A DNA stretch of 64,000 nucleotides, taken from positions 2,071,405-2,135,404 of the forward strand of contig MU057640.1 of the NCBI GenBank assembly GCA_013265495.1, given 5' to 3'. The first letter of the stretch is position 1; every line of letters begins with the position of its first letter. The stretch is from Vicugna vicugna. Its lineage: Eukaryota. Made by a program: the position numbers and the translations under genes. Positions 13,656-24,094 of this stretch are shown here, in pieces. The notes beneath the pieces were generated by a model. The model ran no database searches and was not told where the DNA came from. It saw only the letters and a program-made list of their open reading frames with translations.

Positions 13656-15149
13656 GTTGGTGGCCGGGGAGCTGCCGGGAGCGGGACGCGGGGCTGCTGG
13701 GCAGGGTTTGTGGGAACCAGGGCCCGAGCTTGGGAGCATGAGACGCTGGGTCTCAACGTGGAGCTTGTTGGAAACGGGCCATGGGAAGACTGGCCTGCCG
13801 AAAAGCTCCCCCATTCCAGGGGCATTTTGGAGCGAGACTGTACACATTGTGAAGGGAAGACAGTGACTGTGATGGACCCAACGGGCAGGCGCGGTCCAGG
13901 ATGCTGGAAGCACGGTCATCACGCAGGCACATCTCACTTTAGGCAAACCTGGAGAAGGAAGCATGTATTTGGGAGGGAAAAAATCCCAGGGTGTGTTGTG
14001 GGTGTGTGTGACAAGAGAGCTCTTGGCTCCGCAAAATAATTCATCTCAGGATTTCTTTAAATCATTAGTTTTCTGTGTGCAGTTGAGATTAAGATTAATG
14101 TTTAAGAACTTGATTTACACATAACCTTTCCAAAAGATAGCTAAACAGAGGTACATTTGTGGTCTGGACAGCCTTGGGAAAATGCAAAGAATGGGAATGC
14201 ACGAGTTAGAATCTCTGTGGGGTGTAATGTACCCGTGGAGGGAGGGGAGTACTCAAGTGTGTGTTTATGGAGATAAAAAAGTTCATTGTGTTCTGAGTTT
14301 GTAAGGCCCCAGGAAGCAAGCTTATTAGAAGTGTGGGGAACCAAGGGAAAGCGGTTTAGTAGGAGCAGTAGTGGATGGTTTTAAGCACTAGAATGGTGGA
14401 TTAGGTACAGACGGGGGAATTCATTTAGTGTAATTCAGTGAATGTGTTCCTATTGGTGCACAGTTTTTTCTTTTCAGACAACACAGTCTGTAAGTGCCCC
14501 TTGAGCACCTAGGACGTGCCAGCACCTTGCTGTATGTGGGGGAAGCAGACAGAAAAGCCGGAATGCCCACCTTCAGGGAGATCGCAGTCTAGTTGGGGGA
14601 CCTAGGTGCAAACATGCAGCGTTTATCATACTCCTTTGACAGACAAGGAGAATGAAACTCGGAAACTCAGAGCTGGGCGTTTTACATTCCTTATACTACC
14701 CTGGAAGTGCCTTTGGGACAAGTCAGGATTTGGACCATTAACCGCATCTCCCTCACTTCCTAGTTTCCGTGGGTTAGTCCTTTTACCCTGCACTCAGTGA
14801 GGGCCATGAGCCTCCCTGCTTTGGCCCCTGAGAAAAGAAGGCACATACTAATAGATTGAATGAGATGGAGAATTTTAAGTTAAATTTCCTAGAATAATCG
14901 ACACAGTCTCCTGATGTTACCAAAAAAAAAAAAAGAAACTTCTGAATATGTGCTTGTTACACCTGTGTACATCATATAGACAGCTTTATGAAATGAATTT
15001 TTCTTCTCTTCATATGTCCATCTTGCCACTTCCCTGTGGGAAAAAGGAATGATTCTGAAAGAGACCATTTCCCAGGTGAAAAGGAGCTTCTCAGGAAACG
15101 GGGCCTGTCCCTCGAGCCTGCCAGGAAGAGTCGGTTTTCTCATAGGGAC

Positions 15150-15289
15150 TTTTTTTTTGAGGCATAGCTGATGTACAATGTTATATAAGCTTCAGGTGTG
15201 CAAAAGGGATTCACGATTTTTAAAAGCTACATTCCACATATGGTTCTAAAACATTGGCTGTGTTCCTGGTGTTGTGCTAGATACCCTTG
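15150..15289 (-). mobile_element. Short L1 3'-end fragment
   Basis: Poly-T then 'gaggcatagctgatgtacaatgttatataagcttcaggtgtgcaa'; CTCATAGG flanks both sides (15139-15146, 15290-15297). Confidence 0.75.
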
Positions 15290-15354
15290 CTCATAGGCAT
15301 CTGGATATGGGGAAATTCTACCGCACACACACGTGTTTGCCTTTCCTCATGCAG

Positions 15355-15477
15355 ACTTCCAGCACAAGTTCACGGTGCAGGCCTCCCCCACCATGGATAA
15401 AAGGAAGAGTCTCAGCAGCAGCCGCTCCAGCCCTCCGGCAAGCCCCACCATCATCCCGCGCCTCCGCGCCATCCAGT
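15355..15477 (+). CDS. MAP3K9: MAP3K9 coding exon, second half of CRIB (DFQHKFTVQASPTMDKRKSL...PRLRAIQ)
   Basis: catgcag acceptor, T|gtgaga donor, 123 nt; joins to give ISLPSDFQHKFTV. Confidence 0.96.
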
Positions 15478-16786
15478 GTGAGACTGCTTCCCATGTTAGC
15501 TGGGGCCAGCACACTCCATGGGCGCCCGTCCCTGCTCAGTCCCGCCACCTGCTGGTCCAGGCTTGCTCCACCCACAACTTCCGCCACCTCTCTTCCACGA
15601 TGTGTCTATATGTGCACACGTGTACGCAGACCCTTAGCCCCGCCTTGTCTCTCTCCATGAACTTGACGCTGCCTCCTCTACCTCTCACTCTTAGTCAAGT
15701 ACCAGCAGAGGGGTTTGGGGGATTGGCGGGACCTTTAGTGACTCACAGAGCAGTTTGGCCTGTGATGTAGGTACCCTGGCCGGAGGACCCTGTGTGATCT
15801 CTGCCATGTTTAGGGCATCGTGGTTTTTCTTTTGCCCCTGCTTCCCAGGAAAGGGCTTGGTCAGAATGCAGATCCTAATGAAATTGGCCAGAAACTTTAT
15901 GATAGGCCGAATCTGAACCAATTTTATTTTTTGGCAGTGTTTATTTAAAAGAATTTATACATACACAAACACACATGTGTACATTTGTATATTGCGTGTG
16001 TGTGTGCATGCCCTAATTTAACAATAGAGAGATTTTATTCAAAAAAATCACCCAGAATGTGGATTTCTGGCTTTCTTTGGAAAATCAAATCAGTGGATTC
16101 CCTTTTTCGTGTGCTGTGTTTTGCCCAAGTCTCCTCAACTCCCTGTTTTTTGGTGACTGGCTCACTCCACTCATTTATGGTATAAGCCCGGTCTCTGAAG
16201 CACTGGGTTTCAACTCTTGCTCTGAAGTATCAGGGTCAGAAAAAGGTTCCTCCTCTCCTGTCTGTTATGTTTCCCCAGGCCTGTTCTTCACCCTCTCCTC
16301 CTACCCCTGACTTCCTTCTCCATAGTCTTGAGATCCTGATTTTCTTCCTTTCTAGCACTTTCTTATAAATATTTCTGTACTTCCTCATCTTCCTTGCCCC
16401 TTACCTTTTTTCTCTCCTACCTACTTCCTCACCTCCTCCTCCCGCCTCTGCCCCCCCCCAAGCCAGTTGCACCCAGCAACACATTCCCTACATTGGATCT
16501 GCTTGAAGCTCCAGTGACTGGCTGGCCTGAGCTCCTGCTGTGTGTGGGATTCGGGCCAGTCTGGGAGGTCTTCCCACACTGGGTACTTTGAGGGCTGAGT
16601 GAAGGGTGGCTGAGAAGTCCCTTACTTGCCTGGCTGGCTCCACTCAGGCCCAGAATTTTTAACAGGGTCCAACTTCCTCCCTGCAGCTCCAGATGTATGC
16701 ATGTGTGTGTCTGGTCGGGGAGAGGCTAGTTTTGGGGGGCGTCTCTGTCTGTTTTCCAGATTGCATCCGACCTTTGTTATTCACAG

Positions 16787-16940
16787 TGACACCAGGTGAA
16801 AGCAGCAAAACCTGGGGCCGGAGCTCTGTCATCCCGAAGGAGGAGGGGGAGGAGGAGGAGAAGAGGGCCCCGAAGAAGAAGGGACGGACGTGGGGGCCGA
16901 GTTCGCTCGGTCAGAAGGAGTTTGCCTCGGGAGACGAAGG
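16787..16940 (+). CDS. MAP3K9: MAP3K9 coding exon (LTPGESSKTWGRSS...KKKGRTWGPSSLGQKEFASGDEG)
   Basis: ttcacag acceptor, GG|gtaagt donor, 154 nt; MLK-type KGRTWGP motif. Confidence 0.96.
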
Positions 16941-17118
16941 GTAAGTGCCAGAGGATGGGAAACTCTTTCCCATGGAAAGATGGGTGCACCCTTTAAAAAA
17001 TAGGATGTGAAGTACCTTTTCCTCTGTTGTGTGTTTCACTGCCTTCTAAGAAATTGCAAGCTTCTTGATCTTTATTATAGGGTTTTCCAATCTCCTTGTT
17101 CCCTGGAACCTCCTAGGA

Positions 17119-17309
17119 CAGGGTCAGCATACTTTCTCTGTAAAGGAGCAGATAATAAGTATTTTTGGCTTGGTGGGCCACATGCTGTCTGTAGTAAATA
17201 ACTAACTGCAAGCCCACTGTGGTAGTGCAGAAGCAGCCGTGGCCAGTACGAGATGCAAACAAGTCATGGCAGGGTTTAGCCCCTGAGTTTTAGAGTTGGC
17301 CGACCCCTG
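17119..17309. mobile_element. MER58A-like hAT-Charlie MITE
   Basis: TIRs 'cagggtcagcatact' and 'agttggccgacccctg'; internal 'ctgtaaaggagcagataataagtattttt'. Confidence 0.75.
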
Positions 17310-17704
17310 GAGGCATCCTATGCACCGTAGCAAGTAGCCCAAGCATTCGCCAGATGTGAGCAGTTCTGCTTGGGCGTCCTATGTGTATCTGGCTCTTCCC
17401 CTTAAAATGCCTGCCCGGGGAAAGAGAAGGAAGAGCAGAGATGGCAGGCTTCTTGACTGGAGGCTGACTCTGAAGCAGAGGCAGGCAGAATAACCCAGCC
17501 CTGGCGGTGCAGGCAGCCCTGACCCCACCCCATAACCAAGCTTACGAATGTGAGATCCCCCTCTGGGCAAAGCACACAGCGCACCTTGGTGCCTGGGATG
17601 TGGCTTGTGTCCTCGCCGTGGGCTTGTGGCCTGGGGGTCTGGATCCTTCACAGACCAGTTCCTTGTAGCGTAGTGGTGGAGAGCGTGGGTGCATCCTGGC
17701 TCCA

Positions 17705-17860
17705 CCATGCCTAGCTGTCAACCTTGTTTTCTCATCTATAAAATGGGGATTATCTCTGTACCCACCTCGTGAAGTTGATATGAGTGTTAAGGTGGTCTTT
17801 GGGAAGTCTGTAGAAGATGGGCTGGCTCGTAGTAAGCATGTGTAAATACTCGCTATTACT
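17705..17860 (+). mobile_element. MIR SINE fragment
   Basis: 'gttttctcatctataaaatggggattat...acctcgtgaagttg'. Confidence 0.65.
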
Positions 17861-19139
17861 TCCGTGCCTCTCATACATTCTAGTTCCGATCCCCAGGAAT
17901 GCATGTAAGGGGTTGTAGTTCTTATTCTTGGGGTCAGAATCGAGAACTATGTTTCTTGACTTTTCCAAGTGTGAGAGTGAGCAGCAGCCCCCTTCATCCT
18001 TTTCAGTGGCTTTCTAAAGAGCTTCTAAGGTTGACCATTAGACTTAGAAGTGCCCTGAACCTGTAACTGGCCTTGGTATTTCTCCAAATACTAAGATCTC
18101 ATGTCCAAAATCTGTTTGCCCGTGTCAGATCTGACCTGAAGGTGAAAATAACAGTTTGGTTCATGAAGGATGGACTCTTTGAAGCCAGGCTTTGGAAATC
18201 ACTAGCTATCTTGGAATAGATGATTTAGATATGTAGGGCAAACTGCCTAAGCTCTGCAAGGATTCAGTGACTGAATCCTCGGGGACGGCCAATTGCTCTG
18301 CTGTACTAAGTTCAGTGGGAGTAGGCTCTCCTCAGTTTGTCCTTTGAGCCTTAGACTGGAGTAGGGTTGAGCTGAGGCTGAGGACCTCAGTCAGCCTGAG
18401 TGCTTTAGTATTTCTGACATTAGGGTGATTCCAGATGGGTTTTACCAGGTTGGCTCTGGATCCCAGTAGTTTCTATGGCTTTGCTTCATTTAAATGTCTT
18501 TTTAAATGTTTCTTTTTGTCTTGCTAGTAAATCAACTTTATTTTGTATTAAACAAAACATTAACTTTGGAGTTTTCTTCCTCCTTATGTAGATTTGTCCT
18601 CAAAACTTTTGAAGCAGTTCAAAATGTGTGACTTAATTTTTCATGATTCTTAACTCCTATTGAAGAAATAAGGAAAATCCACCCAGTCTTCAGAAAAGAC
18701 TTCTTGAATGTTGGAAATTTTTGAGAACCTCTCTATGATCATATTTCTAATTTTAGTCCCTGTTGACTGAAGAAACAATGTAACGACAAAAAGCTATATT
18801 AAATTCAGGAATGTTAAGTGAATTTGCATCTCCATCCTTTTAAAAAATAGTACATATCCGTAGGAAACACATGCACTGTCTGTAGACGGCTTGGGTCCCC
18901 TGTAATTAAGCTGTGGCTGCCCAGGGATGTTTGTCCCACAGGATGGGAGGTCCTGGGCCCGTAGCAGGGCCATCTTGTTAAGATTCTTTCATGGTGTGGG
19001 CTTTGCCAAGGGGACCAAGGCGGAGGGGAGGGGTGGCTGGCGACGTAGTTGGAGCCCAGCCTCAAGGATTCTCGCGTGGGAGAGGCTGAGTTGCATGTAC
19101 CCACTGTTGCCTGCTACTGATTCTTTTTATTCATTGAAG

Positions 19140-19208
19140 ATCCCCTCAGAGACGCGAGAAAGCTAATGGTTTAAGTACCCCATCAGAATCGCCACATTTC
19201 CACTTGGG
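19140..19208 (+). CDS. MAP3K9: MAP3K9 69-nt symmetric coding exon (SPQRREKANGLSTPSESPHFHLG)
   Basis: ttgaag acceptor, GG|gtgagt donor, phase 2-2, open frame; peptide recalled from human MLK1. Confidence 0.9.
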
Positions 19209-20617
19209 GTGAGTCTAATCATCTTCACCCCTTTGTCACGTGTACTGGTGATAATCCTCCTTCCATTTCCTCTTTCTCACAGCACATCCCGTAGAGCCAA
19301 GCCTCATTATTGCCAGGGCCATGCTGATTTGTTTTTTTTGGAGCAGTACCATTGTGCACCTTGGGAAAATTGCTGTGTTGATCTGACTTTCCAGTTCCTT
19401 GCTTCCCTGACCACTCCTATTGTTGGGGTTCTCCTGGTGCCCTTAGTTTTAGGGAGACAATTATCCTTTGGTCTTCAGCACTGGCTTTGACTTTGTTAAT
19501 CTGGATTCCTCACCCAGAGCTGGACATGATGTTATAAGATTTTCAGTCTGAAGTCTCAGGCAGTGGGGTTTGGCAGCATGCTTATCTCTGGCTGTGTATT
19601 TTGGTTGAAAACACTGGTGGCTGGAATGCACTTTAATTTGTTGGTATTTCTGATGGCACTTGAAACAGATCTGAAGTCAGAGAGAAAATTGGTCCTTCTC
19701 CCTCCCTTAAGATGGGCTGTGGAGAGTGAATGGGCTTTCGTTGGATGGCTCTCTCTAGCCCTAAAATGAGTGCCACTGCTGGTTCTAATCCTGGTGTCTC
19801 CAAGGCAGTCAAAGCCCACAGATCCCTCATTCCTCCCTCTTTATTGTTCTTCAGGGAAAGGACCAGTGCTTCTGGGCCTCTGATTCTCCTCTCCTATAAG
19901 AGAGTTGGTGGGGTGCCCAGTCTGTGTCCTTGGCTTGCTGTTGTGAGCTGATTACAGGGATCTGAAAGCGAGCTCCTGTCCTTTTCCTCTCCATTCCCAG
20001 ACAGACCGAGGGTCCAAGTCCAGCATTGTGTACTGCCCACATAGGTCTGTCCCATAGTGCACTGGGTTGGGCAGCTTTGTTGGTTGATTTTTTTTGTTTG
20101 TTTTTGAAAAGCTGATGGCTTTGAAAGTGGCCTAAGCATGCCGTAAGCTGGAAAGGAGAGATTGAGAAGTGGTGTGAGCGGCGTGGCCCAGCCCCTCTCC
20201 GCTAGCTCATTGCCCGGTGCTTGCCCTGCACTGCAGATCTCAGCACTGCAGTGTTTCTGATGTCACCAGTGTGTTGTATTCAGCGTCTGTGGATTGATTG
20301 CTTGTCCCTTGAGTTGGGCTTAGGCAAGACCCTGGCCGGTGCTGCCAGTCCTCTTGCCAGCCTCCCAACAGGTCCGCCCACAGCTCCGTAGCAGCATGTG
20401 AAGGGTGGGTCATGTCATCGCTTTTCTCTCCCTAGAGCATGTGCACTTTTTTTTAATGACGCAGGTAGCCTGGGTGAGGCTTGTTGCCTGTCCCCCAGGG
20501 TTCTTGGGCTTTGGCGTAATTAAGCAGTCAGGGAGAGGCATATCCAGGGGTCCATGGAGCTGAGGGTGGAGTCGAGGTAGTAACCAGTTCTGAGTTTCCT
20601 CATTTCCTCTCATTCAG

Positions 20618-20730
20618 CCTCAAGTCCCTGGTAGATGGATACAAACAGTGGTCGTCCAGTGCCCCCAACCTGGGGAAGGGCCCTAGGAGTAGTCCAGCCC
20701 TACCAGGGTTTACCAGCCTTATGGAGATGG
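20618..20730 (+). CDS. MAP3K9: MAP3K9 coding exon (LKSLVDGYKQWSSSAPNLGKGPRSSPALPGFTSLMEM)
   Basis: cattcag acceptor, G|gtaagc donor, 113 nt; KQWSSSAPNL is an MLK-family motif. Confidence 0.95.
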
Positions 20731-21692
20731 GTAAGCATTGCCTTTGTCTTGACTCTCTCCCTGTTCCCTAGAAATTCTTGACCAGGCCTCTAGGACTCTC
20801 TAAGGACCCCTAGTACTACTTCAGGGAGGTTGTTTCCTCTTTCCCTCGAGCCCTGGTCCCCCACCCTGTTCCCTCTTAGTTTGCTCTACTCGCATTCCAT
20901 TAAGTCTTCCCAGATCACGACTCCTGCCACGGAAGCTGTCCTTGGCCTCCTGTCCCAAGGGGCTGGATGTAGCCTCCTTAGGGCAGTGCAGAAGAGGGAG
21001 GCCTGGAAACAGGCGCTTCCCTTTCCTGGGTCTGTTTTCCAAGTATTTTAATGTAGGGAATCTGCAAAATTGGAGATGGTGATAGAAGACACCATCACAT
21101 CACTCAGTCTTCCTTCAGGGAAGCTTTTCCAGGGTTGCCCGGTGATTACTGAATGGGGCAGGCTTTCTCCAGGCTCCTCCCCCTCGTATAGTACTCTTCT
21201 CTTTAGCATTCCAAGGTCATAATCGGTCAGTCCGTAGAGGAGATTGGCCTTCACCCATGCAGGGGATTCTAATCCTTTGCAGGAGACCAGCCTTAAGACA
21301 AGTCTGTAGGCCATCACTCTAGAAATCCAAGGTCCCTTCCAAATTCAAGTTGTAAAATGATTAGGGATCTTTCTGTTCTAGGACACTCATACCGTACCTC
21401 TCCAGTTGAGGGTCCCTGTGACAAGTAGCAAATTAGCGGATCCCCTTTTCTGCAGTTAGGAGAACGGGCTCTGGGATGGAGCGTGATTTCCCCGTGTTGG
21501 TCACGGTCGAGTATGGAAGAGTGAAGTCCTGTTGGTTCAATGCCCTGTTCCTTTTCTTGTGCCTTAGACCATTCAACCTCTGCATCCCTGACCCTAAGCC
21601 AGGGGGCCTAGGGTTGAGGAGAACAGCCAGATTCTTACTCTTACTCATCATTCCCACTTCCTGTTTCCCCTCCACTCCTCTTACCCTCACAG

Positions 21693-22496
21693 AGGACGAG
21701 GACAGTGAAGGCCCACGGAGTGGGGAGAGTCGTCTGCAGCAGTCACCCAACCAGTCCTACCTCTGTATCCCATTCCCTCGCGGGGAGGATGGGGACGGCC
21801 CCTCCAGCGATGGCGTCCACGAGGAGCCCACCCCAGTCAACTCAGCCACCAGTACCCCGCAGCTGACGCCAACCAACAGCCTCAAGCGGGGCAGCCCCCA
21901 CCACCGCCGCTGCGAGGTGGCTCTGCTTGGCTGTGGGGCAGTCCTCGCAGCCACAGGCCTCGGCTTTGACCTGCTGGAAGCTGGCAAGTGTCAGCTGCTG
22001 CCGCCGGAGGAGCCAGAGCCTCCGGCCCGGGAGGAGAAGAAGAGGCGCGAGGGTCTATTCCAGAGAGCCAGCCGTCCTCGTCGGAGCACCAGCCCCCCAT
22101 CCCGGAAGCTCTTCAAGAAGGAAGAGCCCATGCTGTTGCTAGGAGACCCCTCTGCCTCCCTCACGCTGCTCTCTCTCTCCTCCATCTCCGAGTGCAACTC
22201 GACCCGCTCCCTGCTGCGATCCGACAGCGATGAGATTGTGGTGTACGAGATGCCCGTCAGCCCGCTGGAGGCCCCGCCCCCGAGCCCCTGCACCCGCAAC
22301 CCCCTGGTCAACGTGCGAGTGGAGCGCTTCAAGCGAGACCCTAACCAGTCCCTGACCCCCACCCACGTCACCCTCACGGCCCCCGCACAGCCCAGCGCTC
22401 ACCGCCGGACTCCTTCCGATGGGGCCCTCAAGCCCGCGGCCCCCTCAGCCAGCAGGAGCCCCTCCAGCAATGGGCTGAGCCCCAGCCCCGGAGCAG
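21693..22496 (+). CDS. MAP3K9: MAP3K9 large penultimate exon (EDEDSEGP...GLSPSPGA)
   Basis: ctcacag acceptor, G|gtgaga donor, 804 nt, phase 1-1; lies within ORF 21476-22864. Confidence 0.96.
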
Positions 22497-23609
22497 GTGA
22501 GACCTGTCCTCCACCTCCTCCCTCTTTCTCTGCTTCGAGCCTTCCCCAGGAGTGGAGATGTGGTAGTAAACTCCACTTCTCCTCCGACTCAGCCAATCAA
22601 GGCAGACTGCTCTGGCCTGCGGGAGGTGGCCGACTCCTCTGCGTCTGGGCCCCCTGCCCAGGGGTTCTTCCAGGAGGAGGGAAAGAAGACAGGCAGGTTC
22701 TTGGAAGAATCCACACCAGGACTCCGGTGGGATCCCAGGCCCTGGGTCGGGGAGTGCATGGAGCAGTGTTTTCAGGGTGCAGCAAGGGCAGGAGTGCCGC
22801 TGTTTGTTCCCTGAAGAGGGGACCACAGTTACCTGCACATGGGAGCGTATTTCCTGCCACGTAGCCCGGCTCTCACCTCTCATTACAGCTTGAGTGCAGA
22901 CACACTCACAAGCAAGCTTCCGCCCGGGCAGCACGCCCTCCATCACTCATCCCTTACTCCCTCGTGACTCAGACCTGGAGATGTGTCCAGACAACCAGCG
23001 CCTCTGCGCCTCTGCGCATGCGTGCCTTCTCCGTCCGCCGTCGGAGTCACTGGCATACGCGCATCCTGGGTCTTCCCCGCCACCTTCCCTTGTCCCCTAG
23101 AAGACCTCAGTCTGACTTAGAAACCGCCTCAATTCCGGTAGGAGAGGGCATGGCAGTAGCCTTTCAGAGAGAGTTGAGTGTATGACAGTTGTATTTTACC
23201 AGTCAGCTCGCCCCTCCACTCTGTAGACTTTTGGTTGCAACCAGGTAGGTGACCACTTCGGAAAAAAGAGACCCCTAGAGTACTGGTCTTTAGATTCCTG
23301 ATACCTAGCTTTGCTCTTGTCACATGTTTATTAAATGGACGGGCTGTGAGTGAACAGGCATTTCCTTCATTGTTTCATCACCAATACAACCCCCACCTGT
23401 CCCATTATTACCAGAATCAGGGATTGTGGCCTTGTTGTTGACCATTTTAGCCCTAGTGCTTCCCAACACACTGCATGCACATAGTGGATGCTCATTGAAT
23501 GGTGGTTGTCCATGTTACCCCAAGTGAACAGGGCTGTGGCAAGGCGGGAAGGATGTAATGTATATCTGGCCCAGAAATGTGATGCCTTTCCCTTTGTCTC
23601 TTTGATCAG

Positions 23610-24094
23610 GAATGTTGAAAACCCCCAGCCCCAGCCGAGACCCAGGTGAATTCCCCCGCCTCCCTGACCCCAACGTGGTCTTCCCTCCAACCCCAAGGCG
23701 CTGGAACACACAGCAGGACTCTACCTTGGAGAGACCCAAGACCCTGGAGTTTCTGCCTCGGCCACGCCCTTCTGCCAACCGGCAACGGCTGGACCCTTGG
23801 TGGTTTGTGTCCCCCAGCCACGCCCGTAGCGCCTCCCCGGCCAACAGCTCCAGCACGGAGACGCCCAGCAACCTGGACTCTTGCTTTGCCAGCAGCAGCA
23901 GCACCGTGGAGGAGCGACCTGGGCTGCCAGCCCTGCTCCCATTCCAGGCGGGGCCGCTGCCCCCCACCGAGCGGACGCTCCTGGACCTGGATGCAGAAGG
24001 CCAGAGCCAGGACAGCACCGTGCCGCTGTGCAGGGCAGAACTGAACACACACAGGCCGGCCCCTTATGAGATCCAGCAAGAATTCTGGTCTTAG
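23610..24094 (+). CDS. MAP3K9: MAP3K9 terminal coding exon ([15 protein letters not shown]...EIQQEFWS*)
   Basis: gatcag acceptor, TAG stop at 24092-24094; the nine exons sum to 2314 nt with continuous frame. Confidence 0.97.

Noticed and set aside
13240..13825. Antisense ORFs over exons (also 21757-22402 and 23515-24160)
   Set aside because: Shadow frames of GC-rich coding sequence with no independent signals
20731..21692. Extra ~14-codon exon recalled from a longer human MAP3K9 isoform
   Set aside because: No matching in-frame exon found by eye, and the recollection cannot be verified here
21476..22864. 462-aa ORF as an independent gene
   Set aside because: It is the 804-nt MAP3K9 exon plus open intronic flanks
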